DNA of 64,000 bases from Promethearchaeota archaeon (GTDB taxonomy: Archaea; Asgardarchaeota; Lokiarchaeia; Sigyniarchaeales; SOKP01). How positions within the stretch are numbered: position 1 is the first letter of the stretch; each line of letters starts with the position of its first letter. Positions 9,993 to 20,680 of the stretch are shown one piece after another. Below the pieces are notes generated by a model that saw only the letters and a program-made list of their open reading frames with translations, searched no databases and was not told the origin of the DNA. The translations under genes and the position numbers were made by a program. Location: positions 32,001 through 96,000 of the forward strand of contig JBHLOC010000007.1 of NCBI GenBank assembly GCA_048940925.1. The letters are read 5' to 3'.

Positions 9993-10799
9993 TTAAATCC
10001 CCTCCAATATTCTCCTACCTGTTATTTTCAAAAAGACTTCTTCTAAATTTTTAGAATCGTGCTTCTCCATTAATCTTTTAGGTGTATCAAGAGCGATTAG
10101 TTCACCGTAATCTATAATGCCAACTCTGTCAGAAAGTGCTTCAGCTTCTTCAATATAATGGGTAGTTAAAATTATGGTTTTATTTTGATTTTTAAGAGAT
10201 CCAATAAATTCCCAAACCTTTCTACGAGCTCTTGGATCCATCCCTACGGTTGGTTCATCAAGAAATACAATTTTTGGATCGTGAATTAAAGCAGTAAGAA
10301 CATTTAATTTACGAATCATACCTCCACTATATCCTTTAACTTTTCTTTTAATTTCATCTTCAAAATCTAATAATTCTAAGAGATATTCTTTTCTCTCTTT
10401 TATTCTGGTTTTTGACATTCCATTTAAACTACCAAATAATTCTAAATTTTCATCACCGGTGAGGAATTTATAAAGGGCGGCTTCTTGGGGGCAAACGCCT
10501 ATTAATTCTTTAATAGAATTAAGATTTTTTTTTACATCATATCCGCCTATTATAGCGGTTCCCTTCGTTGGTTTTATTAAACCATTAAGTATGTTTATTG
10601 TAGTTGTCTTACCTGCACCATTAGGACCTAAAAGGCTGAATAATTCACCACTCTCAATTTCCAAATTCAAGTTATTAACTGCTATTACCCCATTATATCT
10701 CTTTACTAAATTTTTAACTTTTATACCATATCCCGCATTGGGGTCAACGACATCTTCAGGTACTATTGATAAATATCGGTAATTTTTTCTTATTGACAA
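9993..10799 (-). CDS. ABC transporter ATP-binding protein (DrrA-like exporter)
   Basis: GPNGAGKTT Walker A, YSGGM signature, LDEPT, TTH. Confidence 0.95.
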   Translation of the reverse strand: MSIRKNYRYLSIVPEDVVDPNAGYGIKVKNLVKRYNGVIAVNNLNLEIESGELFSLLGPNGAGKTTTINILNGLIKPTKGTAIIGGYDVKKNLNSIKELIGVCPQEAALYKFLTGDENLELFGSLNGMSKTRIKERKEYLLELLDFEDEIKRKVKGYSGGMIRKLNVLTALIHDPKIVFLDEPTVGMDPRARRKVWEFIGSLKNQNKTIILTTHYIEEAEALSDRVGIIDYGELIALDTPKRLMEKHDSKNLEEVFLKITGRRILEGI

Positions 10800-10860
10800 T
10801 TTCTTAACACCTCTTTTATTTACTTTTTTAAATTATATTTTAATTCTTAGTTAATTAGTA

Positions 10861-10879
10861 AAACTCAAGGTTTGAGTTT
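10861..10879. promoter_or_regulatory. Inverted repeat AAACTCAA-GGT-TTGAGTTT upstream of the ABC operon (candidate operator)
   Basis: Perfect 8-bp arms with a 3-bp spacer, ~60 bp upstream of the 10799 start. Confidence 0.35.
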
Positions 10880-10961
10880 AATTTGTCTAGATAATTAATA
10901 AAACTAATGCTAAGTGCTTAGTTGATATATTAGAACAAAAATGCACTTATTTTGGGCGATT

Positions 10962-10981
10962 TTTCACCCTATAAGGTGAAA
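10962..10981. promoter_or_regulatory. Inverted repeat TTTCACC-CTATAA-GGTGAAA (candidate operator or hairpin)
   Basis: 7-bp arms in the spacer between the AsnC regulator and the ABC operon. Confidence 0.3.
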
Positions 10982-11141
10982 GATTGTACCTCCCAAACAT
11001 ATAAATTATAAGAAAAACCTCTTGAAATATCGGTTTAAATGGATTTGTAATAATTTATATTTAAATAACTTTTAGGAAAAAGGTTCTGATTTTTATTATT
11101 GCCAGATTAAATTAAAGAATAATTTTTCAACTTTTAGAATC

Positions 11142-12077
11142 TTAAAGAGAGGAAGATTTAATCTCACGTACTTTATCATCTAAATATTCATTAATCCATG
11201 TTGAATACATTTTACCCTCTATCAGTATAGTTACATCTACAGATTCAAAATTTTGTTCCATTAAATCAGTTTCTATATCTTGAAGTTCTTTCATTGACTG
11301 AGTCCATACAAAAATTATAATTAGCTTGGGTAAATTACTAAAAGTCCATGTAAATACAATCTTTTGGCCATATTTTTGACGCAAATCTCTTAAAAGAACA
11401 TTTTCATCAGTTTCCATATCGCGTTTAATATTAAGTATAATAAAGGAACAAATATCTGAAGTTTTGTCGGGATACCAATCCACTGTGAAAAGAATTGAAT
11501 ATTGTTCAATTAAATCTTCTAAGTGCCTTCTAATTGTCTTAGAAGAATATCCTAACTCTCTTGCTATTTCAGAAATCGGTTTACGAGAGTTAGCTTTTAG
11601 AGAGTAAATAATTAGATAATCTAATTGAGATAATATAGATTTTTTGGTTCCCTTCAATAAATTTGCTGGCGAATTTTTATCCAGTCCTATTGTGAGTGTA
11701 TCAATTTCACCTTTTTCTCTCACAAAGGAGACAAGAGAATCTAATCCTGCAAAACTTCTGATATACGAATGAATATATATTAAATTGCCACTTGCTTGAG
11801 TGACATTATAAATGCTATCATGTTTTCCCAGCCTGTCCATTAAATTTTTCTTATCTTTTACTTTTGTTCTACCAAACATCAACACATTAATAGTTTCAGG
11901 AAAATAGGAAAAACCTAAACGTGTTTTAAAATTCTGAATAATTCCTAAATCTACCAGTGATTTTACACGTTTATGAACGGAATTGACACTCATATTAAAT
12001 TTATCTGCAAGATCTGTATAAGAGGTGCGAGAATTTGCCATTAACATCAATGATATGGCCAAATCAATTTCATCCAT
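11142..12077 (-). CDS. Tandem (double) Lrp/AsnC family transcriptional regulator
   Basis: Two AsnC HTH units: MDEID...NSRTSY..LA...VHKRV..L and LD..I...L..NSRKP..EIA.ELG.S.KTIRR.L. Confidence 0.88.
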   Translation of the reverse strand: MDEIDLAISLMLMANSRTSYTDLADKFNMSVNSVHKRVKSLVDLGIIQNFKTRLGFSYFPETINVLMFGRTKVKDKKNLMDRLGKHDSIYNVTQASGNLIYIHSYIRSFAGLDSLVSFVREKGEIDTLTIGLDKNSPANLLKGTKKSILSQLDYLIIYSLKANSRKPISEIARELGYSSKTIRRHLEDLIEQYSILFTVDWYPDKTSDICSFIILNIKRDMETDENVLLRDLRQKYGQKIVFTWTFSNLPKLIIIFVWTQSMKELQDIETDLMEQNFESVDVTILIEGKMYSTWINEYLDDKVREIKSSSL

Positions 12078-12145
12078 AAGATAGTAATCTTTAGTTTAAA
12101 TTTAAAATTTATGTCAAAAAATGGTGTAAATTTAAGTAGAGCATC

Positions 12146-13090
12146 CTACAATCGCTTACTTAGTATCTCGATCATATCTTTAGTCATAGAAGAAAGATCA
12201 TAGGAAGGATCCCATCCCCACTCTTCGCGTGCTAATGAATCATCTATTGTTTTAGGCCATGAATCAGCTATCTCTTGGCGAAAATCAGGTTTATACTCAA
12301 TTTCAAATTCTGGAATATATTTTTTAATTTCATATGCTAATTCACCAGCAGAAAAACTTATACCAGTTACGTTATAGACACGATGGTTTAATTTTGAATT
12401 ATCTGCTTCTAAAAGATCAATCATACTTTTTAAGCAATCAGGCATATACATCATAGGTAAGATTGTATCTTTTTTAAGGAAACAAGTATACTTTTTATTT
12501 TTAATTGCTTCATAAAATATCTCTACAGCATAATCAGTAGTACCTCCTCCAGGTAGGGCTTCACTGCTTATAATCCCTGGTAATCGCATTGATCGAACGT
12601 CTAGTTCATATTTTTTATAATAGTATTCTGCTAGAAGTTCTCCTGAAACCTTAGTTATTCCATACATAGTAGTTGGTTGCAAAATAGTTAATTGGGGGGT
12701 ATTATCTCTTGGAGTCGTAGGACCAAAAGCAGCTATAGAACTCGGCCAAATTATATTCTTAACATTATAATTTCTGCTGGCTTCAAGAACATTGATTAGT
12801 CCATTCATATTTATATCCCATGCAGTTTGAGGTATCTTTTCTCCAGTTGCGGAAAGAATTGAAGCCATATGAAAAACTGTATCAATTTCATACTCATATA
12901 AAACTCGTGAAAGATGTTTTTTATCCAAAACATCTAGATAAATAACTGGTCCAGACTTTTTGATCATCTCTGGAAGTGGAGTTCGCCTTCCAGTAGCTAT
13001 GACATTATCATTTCCGTATTGTTCTCTCAAAGTGGGAACTAATTCACTTCCTATTTGTCCAGCAGCACCTATAACAATAATTTTTCTCAT
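12146..13090 (-). CDS. tdh: L-threonine 3-dehydrogenase (SDR/NAD-dependent epimerase type)
   Basis: GAAGQIG, SSIAAFG, P.TMYG.TK, PGGGTTDYAV, LPMMYMPD, RQ.IADSWP; divergent from kbl. Confidence 0.88.
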   Translation of the reverse strand: MRKIIVIGAAGQIGSELVPTLREQYGNDNVIATGRRTPLPEMIKKSGPVIYLDVLDKKHLSRVLYEYEIDTVFHMASILSATGEKIPQTAWDINMNGLINVLEASRNYNVKNIIWPSSIAAFGPTTPRDNTPQLTILQPTTMYGITKVSGELLAEYYYKKYELDVRSMRLPGIISSEALPGGGTTDYAVEIFYEAIKNKKYTCFLKKDTILPMMYMPDCLKSMIDLLEADNSKLNHRVYNVTGISFSAGELAYEIKKYIPEFEIEYKPDFRQEIADSWPKTIDDSLAREEWGWDPSYDLSSMTKDMIEILSKRL

Positions 13091-13271
13091 TTTTTATGTC
13101 CACTAACTTCGGAAATTTTTGTATGAATCATAATTTAGTCAATAAAAAAAGCTTTTGCGTATTTTTTCCCATTTATTTCCCTTTAATATAATAGGTAAAA
13201 CTAAAATATATGACAGAATACCTTTAAATTATTGAATTTTTCAATTGATCAAATAACGTAAAGGTGTTAAA

Positions 13272-14459
13272 ATGAAGAGAGATCCTGTTGCTTTTCTTAA
13301 GGAGGAAATGACTGAATTAAGAAACAATAATTTAGAATGGATTATAAGATATCTTGAAAAAAGTTCCAAACCTCATTCTATGGTTGACGGAAAGGAAGTC
13401 CTAATGCTTAATACCAACAATTATCTTGGTTTAGCAACACACCCAAAAGTAATCCAAGCATCTATAGAGGCTACTAAAAAATATGGTGCCGGTGCTGGTG
13501 CTGTGCCAGTTATAGCCGGCTCTTTTGATTTAACAAAGCAATTCGAAGAAAAATTTGCACAATTTAAAGAAGTTGAAGCCTCATTATTATGTCAAACTGG
13601 ATTTGCTGTTAATTCAGGTCTGATTCCGATGCTAGTTGGGAAACCAGATATCGTTGTCTCAGATGAATTAAACCATGGATCAATTATAGATGGTGTTAGA
13701 TTATCAGGTGCTAAAAGAATTATTTATAAACATTGTGATATTGGAGACTTAGAAAGACAATTAAAGGAAGCAGAAAAAGGAGGTGCAAGAAGAATTTGTA
13801 TTATTACTGATGGTGTTTTCAGCATGGATGGTGATATAACACCGCTAGATGATATCGCCAGAGTTGCTGAAGATTTTGGAGCTATGATTTTCGTTGATGA
13901 TTGTCATGGTGAAGGAGTCCTTGGAGAAGGGCGAGGCATTGTTTCACATTTTAATTTGCAAGGAAAGGTTCATGTAGAGGGTGGATCAATGAGTAAAGGT
14001 TTTGGTGTTTTTGGAGGAACTGTTGCCGGTTCAAAGGATTTAATTGAATTTTGTGCGAACAAAAGTCGGACATATCTTCTGAGTACTGCACATCCTCCTG
14101 GTGTTGTAGCAGCTAATAAAGCGTCTATTGAGGTAGTTGAAAGTGAACCTGAACATGTGCAAAAAGTCTGGGAACATACAAATTACTTCAAAAAAGAAGT
14201 TCAAAATATGGGATATAATACAGGAAACTCACAAACTCCAATTATTCCCTTAATAATAGGTGACCCTGGTAAGGCTCAAGAACTTGCTCGAATTTTATTT
14301 GAGGAAGAGTCAATCTATGGAACACCTATAGTTTTTCCTATGGTAGCAAAAGAATTATCTCGAATCCGAGTCCAAATGAACGCATTACTCACTAAGGAAG
14401 ACTTAAATATGGCTTTAAGGGCTATAGAAAAAGTAGGCAAAAAGTTAGATATTATTTAA
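13272..14459 (+). CDS. kbl: Glycine C-acetyltransferase (2-amino-3-ketobutyrate CoA ligase), AONS family
   Basis: NNYLGLA.HP, SDELNHGSIIDG, TDGVFSMDGD, DDCHG, PLP Lys in SMSK, RIRVQ; paired with tdh. Confidence 0.85.
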   Translation: MKRDPVAFLKEEMTELRNNNLEWIIRYLEKSSKPHSMVDGKEVLMLNTNNYLGLATHPKVIQASIEATKKYGAGAGAVPVIAGSFDLTKQFEEKFAQFKEVEASLLCQTGFAVNSGLIPMLVGKPDIVVSDELNHGSIIDGVRLSGAKRIIYKHCDIGDLERQLKEAEKGGARRICIITDGVFSMDGDITPLDDIARVAEDFGAMIFVDDCHGEGVLGEGRGIVSHFNLQGKVHVEGGSMSKGFGVFGGTVAGSKDLIEFCANKSRTYLLSTAHPPGVVAANKASIEVVESEPEHVQKVWEHTNYFKKEVQNMGYNTGNSQTPIIPLIIGDPGKAQELARILFEEESIYGTPIVFPMVAKELSRIRVQMNALLTKEDLNMALRAIEKVGKKLDII

Positions 14460-14659
14460 TTTTTCTTTATTTTTTTTTTACGTTTATATTTGTAATTTCT
14501 GCTTAATTTTTTACCATCTTATTAAATATTATATAAAGATTCCACTTGCAAATTTACAAAAAAGTAAGAATTATATAATATTTCAATTAATTGAAATTTG
14601 ATTTTTTTTTTCAGAATAAGAAATTCCAATAAAAAATATAAATAAAAAGAAGTAAAAAA

Positions 14660-15070
14660 ATGACTGAAATTAAAAAAATTACTAAAATATCAATCTTAGT
14701 ATACGGTATCGTTTGTTTAGTATTTGCTATATATCTCATATTTTTTCTTGACATTTTCCTTGCCGTAGTTGATATGCCTGAGTGGCAAAATCCCTATCAC
14801 CCAAGAATGTTTGGTGGAGCAATGTTAGTGGTGGTACTTTTCGCATTATTAGTATTTTTCAAAAAGGATTGGGAAAGGGAAAAGATTAAACTGGGATATG
14901 AGCTTTTGTATTTCTGGTTAATAATTAATATAATCATGGAAAGTTCACTGCTTGCCATATATGTTTCAGAACTCTCTCTTGGAGCTCTTTTTGAGAATAT
15001 CTTAGATATTATCATAATGGCCATACTTTTAGTTCTGGGTGTTTACGCTTATATTAAACAGAGAGAATAA
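14660..15070 (+). CDS. Hypothetical 4-TM membrane protein
   Basis: Four hydrophobic segments; P..PRMFGGA motif. Confidence 0.7.
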   Translation: MTEIKKITKISILVYGIVCLVFAIYLIFFLDIFLAVVDMPEWQNPYHPRMFGGAMLVVVLFALLVFFKKDWEREKIKLGYELLYFWLIINIIMESSLLAIYVSELSLGALFENILDIIIMAILLVLGVYAYIKQRE

Positions 15071-15137
15071 AGATAATGTTAAAATTATTCTTAATTAATC
15101 TTTATTTATTTTAAAATAATCTTAAAACTTATTGAAG

Positions 15138-15722
15138 TTATAAAGGTTTACATAATATTGCTTTAACTCTCAAATTTTTAAAGTTACTGGTTGGTGCGGG
15201 TTTTATTAGACAAACTGTATCTGCACCTCTTCCTGTACCTCCTACAGCAATTATATCTCTCTCGAGGTCAGGAATCAATCCTGCATCACAAATAGTAGAG
15301 GAAATTTCGATACATACTTTAATGCCTTGAGAAAATTGCCACCCTAACAGTTTCGCTAACAAATCTACAAATATCCATGCTTCTTTTTGTATTCTTAATC
15401 CCCTTTCAATCCCACTCATGGCATGAGTGCCAATATGAAATTTTAATCCCTTTTTCTTTAGATTTTCAAGTTTTTCTGTAGGAAATTCTTGTCTAACAGT
15501 AGTATTGACAAAATAATAAGCATGGGTTACGACCATTATATTGTAAATTTCTGTATCGAATATCTCTGATGCTTTTTCAGCAGTTGTGCCAGTTGTGCTT
15601 GCAATTACAATATCTTTTATATTAAACTGATCAGCATATTTTTTTGCAATTTCAAGAGCTTTTTCTGTATTATGCGCTCCTGGTTTTTCGAAATAGACAA
15701 CTTCAATATTTAAATCTGCCAT
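15138..15722 (-). CDS. Pyruvate kinase C-terminal (alpha/beta) domain protein, DUF1867-like
   Basis: YFEKPG..NT, VIASTTG.TA, VTH, QGIKVC.EI...DAG, GGTGRGADT. Confidence 0.85.
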   Translation of the reverse strand: MADLNIEVVYFEKPGAHNTEKALEIAKKYADQFNIKDIVIASTTGTTAEKASEIFDTEIYNIMVVTHAYYFVNTTVRQEFPTEKLENLKKKGLKFHIGTHAMSGIERGLRIQKEAWIFVDLLAKLLGWQFSQGIKVCIEISSTICDAGLIPDLERDIIAVGGTGRGADTVCLIKPAPTSNFKNLRVKAILCKPL

Positions 15723-15848
15723 ATCACATCAAAATTTTTTCTTTTTATATTTAGATTTTTTTTTCTTTTAGGATAGATTATGATTCTAATTAAATGAATA
15801 TTTTTGAAGTTGAAGTTCTTCTAAAAAAGATTTGATAGAAATTTTTTT

Positions 15849-17135
15849 TTATTCTTTAATTTCACTAATATTTTCTTCCAAAACCTCATTAACTAAATTT
15901 TCTATTCTGAGCCAATCAATTGGAAAGATCCAATCACTGTCTTCTGGACAATACTGGGTTAAAACTATAGTTATCACTTGATTTGCAGGATCAATATTAA
16001 AGAATGTATTAAACGCTCCACCCCAATTATAATTTCCAATTCCACTTCGCGACATGTTATCTGCTATTTTTACCATTACACCCAATCCAAACCCATATCC
16101 TTCGCTTCTCTTTATTGCTTCGGGATCTTCGTATTTAATAAACTGCATATCCAGAAAATTAATATTATTTGGTAATTGATTAGAAGTCATCATCTTAATA
16201 GTATTCTTCGATACAATTTGTTTATTTTTATATCTTCCTCCATTTAGCATCATTATACAGAATTTCATGTAATCTTCTAATGTGGATACTAATCCACCTC
16301 CACCTGATAAGTACTTGATCCTATGTTTGAATCCCTCATAAATTGAACCTTCTACTTCAATTAATTTGTCTTCTTTATTTTTTGTATATACTTTTGTTAG
16401 TCTTTCCCATTTTTCGTGAGGAACATAGAAATCAGTATCATTCATACCTAGTTTATCAAAAATGTGTCTTTTAAGAAAAACATCCAATTTATTTCTTGAA
16501 AGAATTTCAATTAGATAACCCAAGATTTCATGACTAAATGCATACCACCAATGTGTTCCTGGTACGAAAGCAAGGGGGAGAATCGCTAAACGTTTACTAA
16601 ACTCATCTAATGGGGGCATTATGGGAAACATTTCTAATTTTGTTTTTAATCTATTTTCACCAGTAAAGCCAAATTCTTCTCCATATAGCTTGTCAACAGG
16701 GATTTCATTAGGATAATCACCATAACTAAGTCCAGATGTATGAGTAAAAAGCTGTCTAATAGTTATAGGATTCTTAGTTTTTTCAAGGACAACTTTACCT
16801 GTTTTATAATCATAAGATTTCAATACTTTAAGATCTTTAAACTCAGGAAGATGATTCTGAAGTGGATCATCTAAATCATATTTTCCCTGTTCATAAAGAA
16901 TTAAAGCAGCTAAACAAGTAATCGGTTTAGTCATCGAATATATTCGGAAGATATCATCAAATGCAATAGGGATCTGATTCTCTTTATCTTTCCAGCCAAA
17001 TTTATTACAATATACTATTTTGTTTTGATGATAAATTGCGCAAAGAACGCAACCAGTTATATTATCATCTATATATCTCTGAAATTCATCTGATATTTTT
17101 TTAAAAGCTACAGGATTGACTTTTTTTATTTTCAT
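15849..17135 (-). CDS. Serine hydrolase, beta-lactamase class C/EstB esterase family
   Basis: FRIYSMTK (SxxK), LFTHTSGL, PG..W.Y, GGGGL.ST, WGG. Confidence 0.9.
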   Translation of the reverse strand: MKIKKVNPVAFKKISDEFQRYIDDNITGCVLCAIYHQNKIVYCNKFGWKDKENQIPIAFDDIFRIYSMTKPITCLAALILYEQGKYDLDDPLQNHLPEFKDLKVLKSYDYKTGKVVLEKTKNPITIRQLFTHTSGLSYGDYPNEIPVDKLYGEEFGFTGENRLKTKLEMFPIMPPLDEFSKRLAILPLAFVPGTHWWYAFSHEILGYLIEILSRNKLDVFLKRHIFDKLGMNDTDFYVPHEKWERLTKVYTKNKEDKLIEVEGSIYEGFKHRIKYLSGGGGLVSTLEDYMKFCIMMLNGGRYKNKQIVSKNTIKMMTSNQLPNNINFLDMQFIKYEDPEAIKRSEGYGFGLGVMVKIADNMSRSGIGNYNWGGAFNTFFNIDPANQVITIVLTQYCPEDSDWIFPIDWLRIENLVNEVLEENISEIKE

Positions 17136-17320
17136 TTAAAGGAAGTAAGTAATTCTGATTTATATTACTTTATCAAAATTCGTAGATAAAATCTGCCAAT
17201 AGAATGAACTTTTTTGAAGTCAATGTCATTCTAAATAAGTATTGATATAGTTTTTAATAGATTAAAATTTTAATACATATAATTATTATCTTATTAAAAT
17301 TTTTTATTAAGGGATATTAA

Positions 17321-18736
17321 ATGAGTGAAGAACAAGAGAAAAATTTGAAAAAAAAGGTAATCTTTGGACTTTCAGCGTTCCCAGATCAGCTAACGTATCA
17401 AGCTTTTACTATATATGTTTTTACTTTTTATTTTGCTGTGGTTGGGCTTTCTATGCTTGATATGTGGATTGGATTTATTATATGGGGATTTTGGAATATG
17501 ATTAATGACCCTCTCTTAGGAACATTAAGCGAAAGAACTAAGCAGAAAGGCAGACTTGGAAAGAGGAAATTTTATTTGATAATTTCTTTTGTTCCTTTAT
17601 CTTTAATGATGATATTTCTGTTTACTACTCCGACCAGCTTCAAGTTCATTTATTTTCTTATTATAATTTTTACTTTTGAATTCTTTTACACTATGTTTTC
17701 AGTAAATAATAATGCTGTGTTCCCCGAAATGTTTCCAACCGAAAATGAAAGGGCTACAACGAATATTTTTATAAAGATATTTACTATGATTGCAGTGATC
17801 TTAGCATCAATAATTCCAACATTTATTGTTGATCCATTGGTACCGACTTCTTATCCTCCCGATCCAGCAGAAGCAACAAACATACAATCAATGTACATTA
17901 CAGCGGGAATTGTTCTCTGCATTATTGTTGCTTTAATGGCATTTTTATTTATCTTTTTTGCGGTGGAAGAAAAGAGTGAGGATGTTTCTGATTTTGAAAA
18001 AAGACCTGGTTTTTTCGAATCTCTAAAAATTACATTTTCAAATAGAACCTTTGTAAAATTTACTATAGGAAATATGCTTATTTGGTATTGTTTTAATTTA
18101 CTATTAACTACATTTCCACTATATGCTGTGTTCGTTCTTGGAAGAACAACAGGTTCATTACTAATTGGAATAACATTGATGCTTGCACTTGTTTCTGCTG
18201 CGATATTTGTGCCGATCCAAACTAAAATAAGGTCAAAAGTAGGTACACGTAATGGATTGATGATTGGGTTAGGAATTTGGATTATTACATTGTTTCCTTT
18301 AACTCTATTATCTAATAATGACATAAGTAGAACAATGTCATTTCTGATATTTGCTAGTTTAGGATTTGGGATATCCTCTGCATTGTTTTATATCGATCTA
18401 ATCCATGGAGATGTAATTGATCAAGATGCGCTTAATTTTGGAGTAAAAAGAGCTGCTAGTTATTATGGAGTTAATGCATTTATTCATAGATTTTCCATCA
18501 TAATTGCTATAACAACAATCGCTTTTATATTTTCAGGAACTGGTTGGAGTGAATATGTACCTGTTACTGCAAATCCTGCTTTAACAGTTCTTGGTTTAAA
18601 ATTACTAATGTTTCTTTTTCCATCAATAGCACTTATCGGCTCTATTATATGTTTCAAACTATATGAATTACATGGTGAGAAGCTTAAAAACATGAGAGCT
18701 GAATTAGAAAAACATCCAGAATTAAAGCCACAATAA
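17321..18736 (+). CDS. MFS transporter, GPH (glycoside-pentoside-hexuronide) type
   Basis: W..INDPL.G.LS, FPEM...ER, DVID.D....G..R...YYG; ~12 TM. Confidence 0.88.
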   Translation: MSEEQEKNLKKKVIFGLSAFPDQLTYQAFTIYVFTFYFAVVGLSMLDMWIGFIIWGFWNMINDPLLGTLSERTKQKGRLGKRKFYLIISFVPLSLMMIFLFTTPTSFKFIYFLIIIFTFEFFYTMFSVNNNAVFPEMFPTENERATTNIFIKIFTMIAVILASIIPTFIVDPLVPTSYPPDPAEATNIQSMYITAGIVLCIIVALMAFLFIFFAVEEKSEDVSDFEKRPGFFESLKITFSNRTFVKFTIGNMLIWYCFNLLLTTFPLYAVFVLGRTTGSLLIGITLMLALVSAAIFVPIQTKIRSKVGTRNGLMIGLGIWIITLFPLTLLSNNDISRTMSFLIFASLGFGISSALFYIDLIHGDVIDQDALNFGVKRAASYYGVNAFIHRFSIIIAITTIAFIFSGTGWSEYVPVTANPALTVLGLKLLMFLFPSIALIGSIICFKLYELHGEKLKNMRAELEKHPELKPQ

Positions 18737-19002
18737 ACTAATTTTTCCTTTTTTATTTTACTCTATTAGAAATAGAAAAATCTTGAATAATAATGAGTGA
18801 TATTTTGTCTGATTTTGAAAAGAATACATTATATGTTAATTTATTTTTTAGTTGAAAGTACTATTGTTAGGTATAATCAGAAAAAGATTTTTCAAATTTT
18901 ATTATAAGCTAGATCTAAATTCTTAAATAATTCTACGATAAAATAAAATTAATTAATAAATGATTTTGTTCTATACTAAAAAAAAAGAGAAAGTGAAATT
19001 TA

Positions 19003-19467
19003 ATGGCTGATTTTAAAATACGTAAGATTTTGATATCAATACTATTAATTATTGTGATCTTACTTTACTTATTTATTTCAATTTTGACTTTTATATCTGT
19101 TCTAGAAGCAACACCCATAGCAGCACTAGTATTAAGATTGTTTCAAAATTTAAGCTATCTCGGATTTGGTTTTGCAGCAAATCTTGCATTTTTGATTATA
19201 CCCATAGTAATTATTTTAATGCTAAATTCAAAAAAATTTGACATTGAAAAAAGTGTTTTATTTTCTAGGATATTGGCTATTATATCATGTGTCATAAATT
19301 TTGCGATATTCCTATTAAATCTAATGTTTTTAACATGGGTAAGTGATCAATCAGGGGCAGGTAGTGAGGAAGTAACGAGTTTAACCACATTTCCAGTAAT
19401 GTATATCATTCTTTTAATCATTAATTTGATAACTTATCTCTTAATGACTATAAAAACAAATTTATAA
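19003..19467 (+). CDS. Hypothetical membrane protein (4 TM)
   Basis: Hydrophobic ORF with no recognised motif. Confidence 0.6.
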   Translation: MADFKIRKILISILLIIVILLYLFISILTFISVLEATPIAALVLRLFQNLSYLGFGFAANLAFLIIPIVIILMLNSKKFDIEKSVLFSRILAIISCVINFAIFLLNLMFLTWVSDQSGAGSEEVTSLTTFPVMYIILLIINLITYLLMTIKTNL

Positions 19468-19619
19468 TCTCAAAAATTATTTTTTTTTTGAAACCTTAAT
19501 TACTATGCAAATTTTAAATCTAAAAAAAAATTTTTAAAAAAATAATTCAGATTATAAGATTTTTAAATCTTGTCAATAATATTTTACATTAATCATAACA
19601 AATTAAATAAGAGAGTGTA

Positions 19620-19859
19620 TTGAAATTGACTTTATGTTTTGTGTTAATGAAAATTAAAGCTGGTTTTGTCGAACATGTAGTAAATGAATTAGGTAAGTTA
19701 GAGGAAGTGAAGGAAACTTATCCAGTTACTGGTGGAATTGATATTATTGTTAAAGTAGAGGGAAAAGATGTTGAAACTATTGCCAAAACAATTTTAGCAA
19801 AGATTCATAAGATTGATGGTGTGAATAGGACTGAAACTCATATAGTTGTTTCCCTTTAG
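19620..19859 (+). CDS. Stand-alone Lrp/AsnC ligand-binding (RAM) domain protein
   Basis: V.E.YPVTG..DII.KV...I..I.GV..TET pattern. Confidence 0.85.
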   Translation: MKLTLCFVLMKIKAGFVEHVVNELGKLEEVKETYPVTGGIDIIVKVEGKDVETIAKTILAKIHKIDGVNRTETHIVVSL

Positions 19860-19890
19860 AATAAAAAATTAATAATAAGGTAGCTTATAC

Positions 19891-20631
19891 ATGGTTGAAT
19901 ATAATCGACAAGTGGATTATTCTATGCCGCGACAGTGTGGTCTTTATCCTCCACCTCCTATAGAGTACTTAAATGCACGTGCTCTTGTATTAATATTACA
20001 ATGTTCCCCAAACATTAAAAAACAATATATACCACCTGAACTCGAATCGATAGATGATGGTTTTGATATATTCATTATCTTGGAGTATCCGAATACTACA
20101 ATTGGTCCTTATAATGAATGTATAATGCTATTGAATTGTAAATATAAAGATATACCTGGAGTTTATGTATTCAGTATTTATGTTGATGATGATGTAGCAT
20201 TAACCGCAGGGAGAGAAATTTGGGGAATTCCCAAAAAAATGGCTAAAATTGAATTATCTTCGATCCAGAATAATAAAATAACAGGAAAGATAAGTCGTAA
20301 AGGAACTATTTTATTTGATGTTGAAGTTGAGATCAAAAAGGAAGCTCCTGGAATGGACCCTAAAGCTATGTTTGAAGCTTTACCTTTTTATAATTTGAAA
20401 TTAATTCCTGATGTTGCAAATAATACTAAACCTGCACTTCGACAAATAACAGAAACAGTCTTGGTATTAGGAGATATACATAAACAAAATCTTGCAATAC
20501 TGAATTATTTTAAGACCAATCCTTCTCAATATGACATCGTAGATGAGATATTAAAAGATGCTACTAAGGATTTAGGAGGTTTTTATGTGGAATATGACTT
20601 TATTCTGCCAAATGGTAGAGTATTAGAATAA
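19891..20631 (+). CDS. Acetoacetate decarboxylase family protein
   Basis: YSMP, GPYNE, YVD..ALTAGREIWGIPKK (Schiff-base Lys), LKLIP. Confidence 0.88.
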   Translation: MVEYNRQVDYSMPRQCGLYPPPPIEYLNARALVLILQCSPNIKKQYIPPELESIDDGFDIFIILEYPNTTIGPYNECIMLLNCKYKDIPGVYVFSIYVDDDVALTAGREIWGIPKKMAKIELSSIQNNKITGKISRKGTILFDVEVEIKKEAPGMDPKAMFEALPFYNLKLIPDVANNTKPALRQITETVLVLGDIHKQNLAILNYFKTNPSQYDIVDEILKDATKDLGGFYVEYDFILPNGRVLE

Positions 20632-20680
20632 TGAAATTAAGATTTAAAAAAAAGTATAATAAAAATTTTAATCTATCATA

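Noticed and set aside
15849-17135. Antibiotic-resistance beta-lactamase
   Set aside because: The motifs fit the broad EstB-like serine hydrolase family; nothing indicates beta-lactam specificity and there is no signal peptide.
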